DNA from: Candidatus Eiseniibacteriota bacterium
Lineage (GTDB): Bacteria > Eisenbacteria > RBG-16-71-46 > JABDJR01
NCBI GenBank assembly: GCA_963762255.1
Contig: CAVXKA010000001.1
Coordinates: forward strand, 768,001-832,000
Direction: 5' to 3'
Length of the DNA: 64,000 nt
Under the pieces are notes generated by a model. That model ran no database searches, was not told the DNA's origin, and saw only the letters and a list, made by a program, of their open reading frames with translations. Each line of letters opens with the position of its first letter. Position 1 is the first letter of the stretch. The position numbers were made by a program, and so were the translations under genes. Below, piece after piece: positions 47,397 to 56,749 of this stretch.

Positions 47397-47428
47397 GAGG
47401 GCCGCTCGCAAGGGCGGCCCTTCGATTT
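47397..47428 (+). terminator. Intrinsic terminator candidate after maeB
   Basis: GGGCCGCTC-GCAA-GGGCGGCCC followed by TTCGATTT. Confidence 0.6.
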
Positions 47429-47516
47429 CCCCCCCCCCCCCGTTGCGACAGGGGCCGCATGATACAATGTGAGCTACTCTTAAGGGCTGCCTTCCAACTT
47501 TTTGAGGGGGTGGGCG

Positions 47517-50132
47517 ATGGCTCGATTCGCGATTGCGACCCGACCCGGTGGTTCGAAGTCCTTCCGGTGTCTCCCCCGCGTTGTCGTTCCCGTCGTCTTC
47601 ATGGCAATGATGGGGATCCTGTCCTGGACCGCGGGAGAAGTGCTGAGCGCGTCACCGGTGAACGTGGCGCCTTCGGTCGAGTTCGTCACGACCCCGCTGG
47701 GTGGGGCGATCGTGCCGGCGCGCATCTCGATCGCATGGGGCGGCACCGATCCCGACGGCCTCATCGATCACTACGAGTATTCGGTGGACGTACAGGAGTG
47801 GGTCGCGACTCCGGACACGATCGTGAGCTTCGTGTTCTCGACCCCCGAAGCTGAATCCACGATGGCCGGCAGCGTAAAACTGCCGCTCGCGTACTTCCGG
47901 GGCGCTCACACCCTGCGGGTTCGGGCTGTGGACAACGAGGGTGCCACCTCCGTTCCTGCGAGCGCGACCTTCACGACGCGCACGCAAACACCGGAGGCGA
48001 TGATCACGAAGCCGAATATCGAAGCGTCGATTCTCGCCTTGGGTCCCACCATACGGATAGCGTGGGACGGGGTGGATCCAGACGGACCTCCGGAGCACCT
48101 GCGGCCGGTCGGCTATTACTACAAGTTTCTGCGCCTGGACACGCTCACCCCGCCATTCCCCATCCTCCGAGCCTCCGCCCAGATCCTCTACCAGATGGGT
48201 GGCGATTGGCTCTACTCGAGCGCGGACTCCCTGGAGCACGTGTTCTCCCTGGGGGTGCCGGGGCAGTACGTGGTTGGCGTGAGGGCGGTGGATGAATCGG
48301 GGGCGGTCGAACCGTTTCTCCGGTTCGACCGGAACGCCTTCAGGTTCCAAGCCGGGGCAGATTGGGGCAAGCCGAACCTCACCCTTCAGGAGCCGATTCT
48401 GGGCGAGTGGTCGTGTTACCAGCCCGACACGTTCGACGTGAAAGCGCCGATGTTCAGACCCCTGCGTTTCACGGTTTCCTGCGACGCGAGTGCTCAAGGA
48501 GAGACGTGCCCAGACATGCGATGGGGACTCGACCTCGCCGATCCCGCCCAGCCCGCCGGCTGGTCGGAGTGGCTTCCGGTCGGAGCCCTTCCTCCGCTCA
48601 CGTTCTTCGACCCGGCGGTGCATCGCCTATTCGTTCAGGTTCGCGATTCTTACGATGCGGTCACGACCGGGCTCCTGCGCATTGAGGTCATCGAGTTCCC
48701 CTTCGACCGTGAGGTCCTTTGGGTCGACGATTGCCGCGATGCGACCTATCCGAGAGACACCCAGCACGATGCGTTCTGGGCCTCGCTCTTCCGGGACTCC
48801 GGCCGGTTCGGGGGGGATTGGACCACGAGCACTCAGGTCTTCCGATACGAAACCTTCGGCCCCAACGATACCGGCACGACGACACCCAACCCGCCGAGCT
48901 TGGCCGAACTGGCGCACTATCGACTCGTCATCTGGGAGACCAACGGGTCCGGATACAATGGGTACTCCGGGTTGCTTGCTTCGGCTTCGGCCAGCCGCGA
49001 CCTGGCGACGTATCTCGCTGCCGGAGGAAACCTCTGGGTGGGCGGCGCACTCACCCTTGTAGCCCTGCTCCCTCCCACACCGGCCGGGCAGGCCGACTTC
49101 GTCTACCCCAAGGACGTGGCCCAACAGCCCAACAGCTTCGCCTATCGATTCATGAAGCTGGCCTCGTCTCAAATCATGAACGCGAAGGGGACCGTTCCCA
49201 ACAGTAATCTGGTCGGTGCCCTGGTGTTCCCCGGCAAGTCGCCCGTCTATCCTGCCATGCAACAGGACGTCGCCAAGGTGAGTCCTTACAAGATGTCCGT
49301 ATCTCACTGCGATGCCATCTTCGGCCCCATCTTCGCGCACGACGCGGGACTCCTCGGCGTGATCGACTCCCTCTACGCGTATCAGGCCAAAGTCACGACG
49401 AGCACCTATCATAACCGGCTTGTCGCCTTGCGCTGGCACGACCCGTCGCCTGCGCCCTTCCACGGGCGCGTACAGTGGTTCGGCTTCCCGCTCTACTACA
49501 TGAAGCAGGCGCAGGCCCAGGAGACCTTCAACCGCTCGATCGACTGGTTCCGCGATGGGGGCGCGATTCCGGTGACGATGGTCTACTTCACCGCCGACCG
49601 TCAGGATGACCGAGTGGTCCTGGCGTGGGCCGTCGCCGAGGCCTCGGATCACGTCGGGTTCCATGTCTACCGCGAGGTTCCGGGCGGCGAACGCGAACAA
49701 CTCACCGGGGAATTTCTGGCTGGCCGCGATGCCTACACCTTCACGGACCCGAACCCGCCCTCCCGAACGGTGGACTACTGGTTAGCCGAGCACGGCCGGG
49801 CGGGTGGTGTGACCTGGTTCGGTCCGGTTCGTGTAGAGGAGGCAATGCCAATCCCCGCCCTCGTGCTGGGGGCGCCGCTTCCCAACCCCTTCGCCGATGG
49901 GACGCGCATCTCATACTCGCTCCCCGCGGCGAGTCGAGTGCGGCTAAGCGTTTTCGACATCCTCGGGCGTCGCGTGATCGACCTTGTCGATGAACTCCGG
50001 CCCTCGGGGACGCACACGGCGGTCTGGAGCGGATCGGGGGAAGACGGGCGCAAGGTCGCGGCCGGCTTCTACCTCGTGCGCCTGCAGGCGGGAGATGAGA
50101 TTCGGGTGCGGAAGGTGGCTCTGATCCGCTGA
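47517..50132 (+). CDS. Large secreted protein with repeated Ig/FN3-like segments and a C-terminal FlgD-Ig/T9SS-type tail
   Basis: WxGxDPDG...VRAVDxxGA repeated twice; PNPF...ISYSLP...VFDILGRRV..LVD...GFYLVRL tail; start uncertain. Confidence 0.8.
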   Translation: MARFAIATRPGGSKSFRCLPRVVVPVVFMAMMGILSWTAGEVLSASPVNVAPSVEFVTTPLGGAIVPARISIAWGGTDPDGLIDHYEYSVDVQEWVATPDTIVSFVFSTPEAESTMAGSVKLPLAYFRGAHTLRVRAVDNEGATSVPASATFTTRTQTPEAMITKPNIEASILALGPTIRIAWDGVDPDGPPEHLRPVGYYYKFLRLDTLTPPFPILRASAQILYQMGGDWLYSSADSLEHVFSLGVPGQYVVGVRAVDESGAVEPFLRFDRNAFRFQAGADWGKPNLTLQEPILGEWSCYQPDTFDVKAPMFRPLRFTVSCDASAQGETCPDMRWGLDLADPAQPAGWSEWLPVGALPPLTFFDPAVHRLFVQVRDSYDAVTTGLLRIEVIEFPFDREVLWVDDCRDATYPRDTQHDAFWASLFRDSGRFGGDWTTSTQVFRYETFGPNDTGTTTPNPPSLAELAHYRLVIWETNGSGYNGYSGLLASASASRDLATYLAAGGNLWVGGALTLVALLPPTPAGQADFVYPKDVAQQPNSFAYRFMKLASSQIMNAKGTVPNSNLVGALVFPGKSPVYPAMQQDVAKVSPYKMSVSHCDAIFGPIFAHDAGLLGVIDSLYAYQAKVTTSTYHNRLVALRWHDPSPAPFHGRVQWFGFPLYYMKQAQAQETFNRSIDWFRDGGAIPVTMVYFTADRQDDRVVLAWAVAEASDHVGFHVYREVPGGEREQLTGEFLAGRDAYTFTDPNPPSRTVDYWLAEHGRAGGVTWFGPVRVEEAMPIPALVLGAPLPNPFADGTRISYSLPAASRVRLSVFDILGRRVIDLVDELRPSGTHTAVWSGSGEDGRKVAAGFYLVRLQAGDEIRVRKVALIR

Positions 50133-50163
50133 TGACAAGACGATCACCAGGGTCGGATCGGGA

Positions 50164-50763
50164 CTAGCCCTCCGGCACCCAGCAGTTCTGCGCGAAGTCG
50201 TACCGATATCGTGCGAGGCCTCCGGTCGGTCTGGCGTTGACGTCGTTCGCGCCGTAGACGGGGTGGCTTCGGTGCAGCTCTCCGTTCAGGATGCTGAAGG
50301 TGTCCTGTCCACGGTGACCGCGCGCGCCGGCATCGTCGATGGGCGCTATCTCCCGCTTCACGATCCCCGCTTCTGTGAGCGAGTAGACCGCCACCGACCC
50401 GTACGAGCCGCTCCCCGCGGATGTGGTGGCGACGATCAGGTCGAGCGCTCCATCCCAGCCCAGATCGCGCAGCCAGACGTTGGCGATGGTGCCGTCGCGC
50501 TCTCCCTGGACCTGCAGGGTGCTGCTGTCCGGGAAAGAGATCTCGGCCTGCCAGGTGCCCGCCGAGGCGCTCTCCCCGGCCGGCACCCAGATCCGCGCCG
50601 TCACCTCGCCGTCCCGCGCGGTGGCGGCGTAGCTGTAGGCCTGCTTCGCAGCGGCCCGCTCGGTCTTGTCGAGAGGCTTCAGCTCCTCTGGCTCCTTCGT
50701 GTCCATACAGGCGGAGAGCGCGAGCAGGCAGGCGATGCCGGTCGCAAGGGAGAGCTTTCGCAT
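50164..50763 (-). CDS. Lipoprotein resembling PliI-family lysozyme inhibitors
   Basis: Lipobox LSAC after MRKLSLATGIACLLA, AGGAGG RBS; DGTI...DLGWDG..DL...TSAGSGSYG and D.NA.PTGG motifs. Confidence 0.65.
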   Translation of the reverse strand: MRKLSLATGIACLLALSACMDTKEPEELKPLDKTERAAAKQAYSYAATARDGEVTARIWVPAGESASAGTWQAEISFPDSSTLQVQGERDGTIANVWLRDLGWDGALDLIVATTSAGSGSYGSVAVYSLTEAGIVKREIAPIDDAGARGHRGQDTFSILNGELHRSHPVYGANDVNARPTGGLARYRYDFAQNCWVPEG

Positions 50764-50935
50764 CAGATTCCTCCTCCCCCGGCGGGGGGCCGAGGCCATT
50801 TTGCCTCTTTCAGCTTGCGCGGCGCTACATGTGTCGTGTTCCCCGCGAGGCTTCAACTCGGCCGCCCACCGGCCGATAACTTCTCCAGGACCGGCGGGCG
50901 GGGCCCGCGTCAACACGACCCGGAGAAAGATCGCC

Positions 50936-51931
50936 ATGACCGACAACGCCGCTTCCCTGCCGCCATTGGCCACCCTTCTGGAGAGCATCTTTCGCGATGC
51001 TCCGGAGCACTTCGTCGTCCTCGATCCCGACCTCAAGGTCTGCATCGCGGGCGAGACATTTCGGCGGTCGGTTGGGCTCGAACGTCGCCGCGACGTGAGC
51101 TTCCTCGAGACCGTCGAGCGATTCTCGCTGGGCAAGACGCGTGAGACCTTCGAGGCGCTGCGCCAAGGCAGCGGCGAACACCGCGCGCTCGAGGTCTACC
51201 ATCGACGGGCCGGCGGCGAGGCATTTCCGGTGGCGTACTCCTGGGTGTCGTGCATGGACGAAAGCGGCGCCTGCCGGGCGTTCATCGGCATCGGCCGCGA
51301 ATCGTCCGCTGAAGCACCCACTTCGACTCAGGAAGTGAAAGGCCTGCGCGCCGAACTCGAGAAGACACGGGTCGACATGGAGCGGCGGTCCAAGGAGATC
51401 GCGCGCCTGCGCGAGGAGCTGCAGAACCATAGCGCGCTCGACGAGGCGACCGGGCTCGCCAACCGGCGCACCGCGCTGGCGCGTCTCGAGATCGAAGTGC
51501 CGCGCGCGATACGCTACGGCGAGCCGCTGACACTCATGCTCGTCGACATCGATCATCTCGATTCCGTCAACGAAACCTACGGACATGAAAAGGGTGACGA
51601 GGTCGTGGTCCAGGTGGCAGCCCTCGTCCGCGAGCAGATCCGTACCACCGATCTCGCCGCACGCTACGACGGCGAGGAGTTCCTGGTCATCTGCCCGCAC
51701 ACCGACCGAGCGAGCGCGCAGTTCCTGGCCGAGCGGCTGCGACGGCGGATCGCCGAAATGTCGTTCCAGGCGGACGGGGAAGAGTTCGGCGTGACGATCT
51801 CGGCCGGACTCGTGAGCGTCAGCGGGGGGAACGAGTTCGACGTCGACGCGGTGCTGCGCGCGGTCGATCAGGCGCTGGAGTCGGCCAAGAACGGCGGGCG
51901 GAACCGCGTGCGGCTCGCCGAGGTCAGCTAG
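50936..51931 (+). CDS. PAS + coiled coil + GGDEF-domain protein with a degenerate DGEEF site
   Basis: DEATGLANRR, DIDH...VNETYGH.KGD, RTTD I-site, RYDGEEF and AKNGGRNRV. Confidence 0.9.
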   Translation: MTDNAASLPPLATLLESIFRDAPEHFVVLDPDLKVCIAGETFRRSVGLERRRDVSFLETVERFSLGKTRETFEALRQGSGEHRALEVYHRRAGGEAFPVAYSWVSCMDESGACRAFIGIGRESSAEAPTSTQEVKGLRAELEKTRVDMERRSKEIARLREELQNHSALDEATGLANRRTALARLEIEVPRAIRYGEPLTLMLVDIDHLDSVNETYGHEKGDEVVVQVAALVREQIRTTDLAARYDGEEFLVICPHTDRASAQFLAERLRRRIAEMSFQADGEEFGVTISAGLVSVSGGNEFDVDAVLRAVDQALESAKNGGRNRVRLAEVS

Positions 51932-51952
51932 GCGCCCGTCTGCGGATGTCCG

Positions 51953-54772
51953 CTAAGGGCCGAGCAGTTCGACTCTAGCGAGGTGGATGGGCTCGAAGAC
52001 CGGAGCAGTCTCCTGCCCCGATGCCCCGGTCGTCTCTCCTTGTAGCACCGCTGCCGCAACCTCATCCGGCCGCGCGTGCGCCGGCGCGTTGAGCAGCGTG
52101 CGCACCATGAGATAGCGTGCGCCGGGGCGCAGGAAGCCGAGGGCCGCAAGTCCCTCCGGCTCTTCGATCCAGCGCACGTCGAGGACCGCGGGTCGGATAT
52201 TCACCCGACGCGGCTCCCCCTTACGCGTCGTATCCCAGAGCACTTCATCGCGAACCAAGAAGCGCTGCGGGGCGGCGTCCAGGTCCGGCACCCCGGGACG
52301 CACGTGCTCCGGCTCCACCCGCACCACGTACTCGGCGGCATGGATCACCCGGGTGAGCTTCTTGGCGCCGGGTTCGAGGCGCGTGACCGCCGTGAACGAG
52401 AGCCCGTCGGGCACCACCGCGTTCAAACGCGCCATGAGATCCTCGGCTTCGAGGCGATCGACCAGTGCGATGTCCACCAGCTCGCCGGCGCTCACAACGC
52501 CCAACGGCAACGGCGGAGGAAACTCCATCACCGGTTTGGGGTGGAAGCCCTCGCTGTAGTAGGAGTTCAAGCCGGCGCGACGCAGAACGCGAGGCAGGGC
52601 CCGCACGAAATCGAGGTGCCCTGTCAGCGCGGTCACGCCGCTCACCGTAAAGCGTAGGCGATAGCGCACCGCATCGCCTTGGGCGAAGGTGCGGGGACGT
52701 GCGCCGTTCTTCTGGGCGTCGAACCGAGGCCGCGGCGCAGGCACGGGCGCGACGGGCGCAACGCCGGCGTCCGGGCCCGCGGGCAGCTCCGCCGCCTCCC
52801 CCGGCACAGCTTCGGCCGACGCGCGCCGCAGCGGCTCCAGCGCCCCCAGGCGCTCCAGGAACTCTCCGCGCTCCTCGCGCATCTGGGTGAGATCGCAGGC
52901 TACTCCGCAGTGATAACAGACGAGCGTGCGCGCGTCGGCCTCGTGCTCGGCCAGGTTCGAGTGGTGAACCTGCGCGCCGGCCGGCTTCCCGCACGGAGGC
53001 GAAAGCTTGAACTTCATCGCCCGCTTGTACTCGGTCTCCAGGAACTTCGGCTCGAGCTTCATGTCGAGGTGGTCCCATGGCGTGCGCCCATCCACCGGCA
53101 ACGTACCCAGGAAGAGCTGCACCGGGATCTCGGGGTGGCGACGCAATGCGTCCGTCCACATCGCCCACCGCAGGTGGTCGTCCCACGAATCGAACCGCGC
53201 GCCGGCGCGCCAGACATCTTCCAGCACATCCGCCATGCGCCGATCGCCGCGGCCGAGCACGCATTCGAGAAACGTCGTGCGCGGATCGTGGCGGCGGAAC
53301 TCCAGCCGCCACCGCCTCGCCATGTCCCGCAGCCCGTCCTGCTTGCGCTCGATCTCGTCGAGCGAGTCCATCGCGCACCACTGGAACGGCGTGTGCGGCT
53401 TGGGCACGTGCGAAGAGACGGCCACCGTCACGCCGACCGCCCCCGCCTTGTGGTACTCCATGCCGATCTGACGCATGCGCCGGCCTGTCTCCATGATGCC
53501 GGCCACATCCTCGTCGGTCTCGGTGGGGAGCCCGATCATGAAATAGAGCTTCATGCGCCGCCAGCCGCGGCTGAACACGCGATGCGCGGTGCGGGCGAGA
53601 TCCTCCTCCGAAATGTTCTTGTTGATCACGTCGCGCATGCGTTGCGTACCGGCTTCGGGAGCGAAGGTGAGGCCGGTGGCGCGAACGGTGTTGATCTCGT
53701 CGAGGAGATCCTCGTCGAGGCCGTACGCTCGCAGGGACGCCACGGAGAGCGAGACCTTCTCCGGGCGTAGCCGCTCCATCACGCGCTTGATGAGGGGTGA
53801 GATACACGAGTAGTCGGCGGTGGAGAGCGTGGTGAGGCCGACCTCGTCGTAGCCCCCCTTCTCCACCGCGGAGACGATGGTGTCGACGATCTCCTGCGGA
53901 TCGCGCTCGCGCACCGGGCGATAGATCATGCCCGCCTGGCAGAAGCGACAACCTTCCGTGCAGCCGCGCGCGATCTCGATGGCCATACGGTCGAAGATGG
54001 CTTCCGCAGCGGCGACGGGGGCGTCGTCGGGGAAGGGATAGCGATTCAAGTCCTCGACGATCTGGCGTACCGGGCGCGCGGGTACCCGTGGATCGACCGG
54101 CGCTCCCACCACCAGATAACCCGTGCGGTCGTCGATCGCGGTGTCGTAGAGCGCGGGGCAGTAGAAGCCGCCGAGCTTGGCGATCTCGATGAGGGTGTCG
54201 CGCCTCGTGGCGCCCGCCGCCTTCAGGTCGGCCACGCGGAGCAACACCTCGGGGAGCTTCTCCTCCGCGTCGCCGATCAAGAAGGCGTCGATGAAGGGGG
54301 CCATCGGCTCGGGCTGCGTGGCGACGGGGCCGCCGGCGATGACGAGCGGGTGCGACGCGTCGCGGTCGGCGGCTCGGAAGGGGATGCCCGAGAGGTCGAG
54401 CATGGTGAGGACGTTGGTGAAGGTGAGTTCGTACTGGAGCGAGAACCCCACCACGTCGAAGTCGCGCAACGGCGAGGCCGTCTCCAGAGTGAGCAGCGGG
54501 AGACCGCGCTCGCGCAGCTCCTTCTCCATGTCCACCCACGGACAGAACACGCGCTCGGCGGCGATGTCGACATGGCGGTTCAAGAGTGTGTAGAGGATCT
54601 TGGTGCCGAGGTGGCTCATCCCGATGTCGTAAACGTCGGGGAAGGCCAGCGCCATGCGCACCCGGGTCGTGCCGGCGGCCTTCACGACCTGGTTGTACTC
54701 CCCCCCGACGTACCGGGCGGGCTTCATAACCCGGTGCAGGAAGGAAGAGTAGGGGTGTTGGGCGAGGTTCAA
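51953..54772 (-). CDS. TIGR03960-type radical SAM protein fused to a TIGR03936/DUF2344 domain
   Basis: KPARYVGGE.N, FPDVYDIGMSHLG, RGCTEGCRFCQAG (CxxxCxxC) and FAPEAG; C-terminal HLDF.R...YSEGFHPKP; TTG start inferred. Confidence 0.92.
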   Translation of the reverse strand: MNLAQHPYSSFLHRVMKPARYVGGEYNQVVKAAGTTRVRMALAFPDVYDIGMSHLGTKILYTLLNRHVDIAAERVFCPWVDMEKELRERGLPLLTLETASPLRDFDVVGFSLQYELTFTNVLTMLDLSGIPFRAADRDASHPLVIAGGPVATQPEPMAPFIDAFLIGDAEEKLPEVLLRVADLKAAGATRRDTLIEIAKLGGFYCPALYDTAIDDRTGYLVVGAPVDPRVPARPVRQIVEDLNRYPFPDDAPVAAAEAIFDRMAIEIARGCTEGCRFCQAGMIYRPVRERDPQEIVDTIVSAVEKGGYDEVGLTTLSTADYSCISPLIKRVMERLRPEKVSLSVASLRAYGLDEDLLDEINTVRATGLTFAPEAGTQRMRDVINKNISEEDLARTAHRVFSRGWRRMKLYFMIGLPTETDEDVAGIMETGRRMRQIGMEYHKAGAVGVTVAVSSHVPKPHTPFQWCAMDSLDEIERKQDGLRDMARRWRLEFRRHDPRTTFLECVLGRGDRRMADVLEDVWRAGARFDSWDDHLRWAMWTDALRRHPEIPVQLFLGTLPVDGRTPWDHLDMKLEPKFLETEYKRAMKFKLSPPCGKPAGAQVHHSNLAEHEADARTLVCYHCGVACDLTQMREERGEFLERLGALEPLRRASAEAVPGEAAELPAGPDAGVAPVAPVPAPRPRFDAQKNGARPRTFAQGDAVRYRLRFTVSGVTALTGHLDFVRALPRVLRRAGLNSYYSEGFHPKPVMEFPPPLPLGVVSAGELVDIALVDRLEAEDLMARLNAVVPDGLSFTAVTRLEPGAKKLTRVIHAAEYVVRVEPEHVRPGVPDLDAAPQRFLVRDEVLWDTTRKGEPRRVNIRPAVLDVRWIEEPEGLAALGFLRPGARYLMVRTLLNAPAHARPDEVAAAVLQGETTGASGQETAPVFEPIHLARVELLGP

Positions 54773-54941
54773 GGGATGCTCCTGTGGGCGTGCGTGCGAG
54801 ACCCCGGGGGCGAGGTGGGAGAAGAGGATAGCAGAGACCGGAGGGCGGACCTTGGGTGCACACGCGGAGGCAGAAGAAGTAGGATGACCCGATGCCGCGC
54901 GTTCACAGACCGTTCGCCAGCCGAGAAAGCAGGGTTTGCCC

Positions 54942-56747
54942 GTGAGCGATGCCGCGCCTGGATTCGGAGCCCAGATCAAGAGTTACCCCAAGGCGTTCTG
55001 GGTGGCCAACACCATGGAGATTTTCGAGCGGATGTCCTGGTATGGCTGGTTCACGGTCATGGCCGTCTACGTGACCGGGAGCGTGGCCACCGGCGGTCTC
55101 GGTTTTTCGACCGAGCTTCGTGGCACGCTGCAGGCGATCATCCCCTTCTTCCTCTACCTCCTGCCGGTCCTCACCGGGGCGTTGGCCGATCGGTATGGCT
55201 TCAAGCGGATGTTCGTCATCGCGTTCCTGATCATGATCGTCTCGTATTACCTGCTTGGCCGGTTCCACTCCCTTCCGGGTTTCGTCATGGCGTTCACCTT
55301 CGTGGCCATTGGTGCCGCCATCTTCAAACCGGTGGTGGTGGGCACGGTGGCCCGAGTGACCAACGAGGGGAACTCCGCCACCGCGTTCGGCATCTTCTAC
55401 ATGATGGTCAACATCGGCGGGTTCCTGGGACCGATCGTGGCCGGACTCGTTCGCGGCTGGGGATGGCAGTATGTCTTCGTCGCTTGCAGCGGCTGGGCGC
55501 TCGTCAACCTGGTTCTCGTGCTGGTCTTCTACAAGGAGCCTCCGTCCACGAACGACAAGCGGACCCTCCGGGCCGTCCTCGACGGCCTGGTCGAGGTTCT
55601 GGGAAATATCCGGTTCTTCATCACGGTGGGTGTGGTTCTCGTCGGGTTGGTCCTGGCCAGCGTGTTCGCCAGCCTGGGTTTCCCCTGGTTCTCCTGGGGC
55701 TGGGCGTGGATCGTGCTCCTGATCTGGGTGGTGGCGAACGTCGTGTACGACCGGCTCCTCCCCTCCGGAAGCGGGCGCCCGGACTGGAGCGGTCCCAAGC
55801 GGAATCCGCTGGCGCGGAGGATGCATTGCAGCAACTGGCGTTTCGCGCTCTTCCTCTTGATCATGTCCGGCTTCTGGACGAGCTTCAATCAGATCTTCTA
55901 CACCATGCCCGAGTACATCCGCGACTTCACCGAGACGCGGCCCGCGATCACCTTTGCCGAGAAGCTCTTTGGTGAGAGCGACCCGATCGACCGGAAGGCG
56001 GGAATCGCCAGCAAGATGGCTACCATCAACGACGCCGAGTACGGAGAGGTCGTTCGCGTTGTCGGGGAACTCGCGGCGGGGCCGATGGCGCAGACGGATC
56101 TGGAGACCACCTCCAGAGCGCTTCTCCTGAGCAAGGTGCGCCTGTCCCCCGAGAGGATCCGGGCGATCCTCGATCGGGAGGGAGGAGACCCGGCGAAGGC
56201 GGCCAACCAGATGGTCATCCAGGGCCGGCAAGTGAATCCCGAGTTCATCGTCAACATCGATGCCCTGGGCATCGTTCTGTTCCAGGTCCTCGTGTCATAT
56301 CTGATGGCCAAGTTCCATCGCTTTACCACCATGATCGTGGGGATGCTGGTGGCCGCGGTGGGGATCGGCTTTGCGGCGATGGCGGGAGGGCACGGAATGA
56401 CCGGTCTCGGCGGACTCGTGTGGATCGTGGCCGGAGGGATCTTCATCTTCGCGATCGGTGAGATGATGGCGAGCCCCACTAGCCAGGAGTACGTGGGCCG
56501 GATCGCCCCCTCCAACCGCAAGGCCCTCTACATGGGCTACTACTTCGTGGCCATCGCCCTCGGAAACCTGTTCGGCGGAATCCTGTCGGGACAGCTCTAC
56601 GGCAAGCTGGCTCGCGACATGCAGCGGCCCGATCTGATGTGGCTTGCCTTCGGGGCCATTATGCTGTTCACGGCGGTCGTGTTCATGCTCTACAACCGGT
56701 TCGCTTTGCCGAAGTCGCAATCGGGCACGTTGACGCCGGGGACGTAG
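54942..56747 (+). CDS. MFS transporter, POT/PTR peptide transporter-like
   Basis: MEIFERMSWYG (ExxERxxYG), GALADRYG, FKP, FYMMVNIG and GEMMASP. Confidence 0.9.
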   Translation: MSDAAPGFGAQIKSYPKAFWVANTMEIFERMSWYGWFTVMAVYVTGSVATGGLGFSTELRGTLQAIIPFFLYLLPVLTGALADRYGFKRMFVIAFLIMIVSYYLLGRFHSLPGFVMAFTFVAIGAAIFKPVVVGTVARVTNEGNSATAFGIFYMMVNIGGFLGPIVAGLVRGWGWQYVFVACSGWALVNLVLVLVFYKEPPSTNDKRTLRAVLDGLVEVLGNIRFFITVGVVLVGLVLASVFASLGFPWFSWGWAWIVLLIWVVANVVYDRLLPSGSGRPDWSGPKRNPLARRMHCSNWRFALFLLIMSGFWTSFNQIFYTMPEYIRDFTETRPAITFAEKLFGESDPIDRKAGIASKMATINDAEYGEVVRVVGELAAGPMAQTDLETTSRALLLSKVRLSPERIRAILDREGGDPAKAANQMVIQGRQVNPEFIVNIDALGIVLFQVLVSYLMAKFHRFTTMIVGMLVAAVGIGFAAMAGGHGMTGLGGLVWIVAGGIFIFAIGEMMASPTSQEYVGRIAPSNRKALYMGYYFVAIALGNLFGGILSGQLYGKLARDMQRPDLMWLAFGAIMLFTAVVFMLYNRFALPKSQSGTLTPGT

Positions 56748-56749
56748 CA

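Noticed and set aside
51953-54772. Radical SAM fusion as a novel RiPP system
   Set aside because: The TIGR03960/TIGR03936 fusion is a widespread known architecture, and no precursor peptide or SPASM domain is evident.
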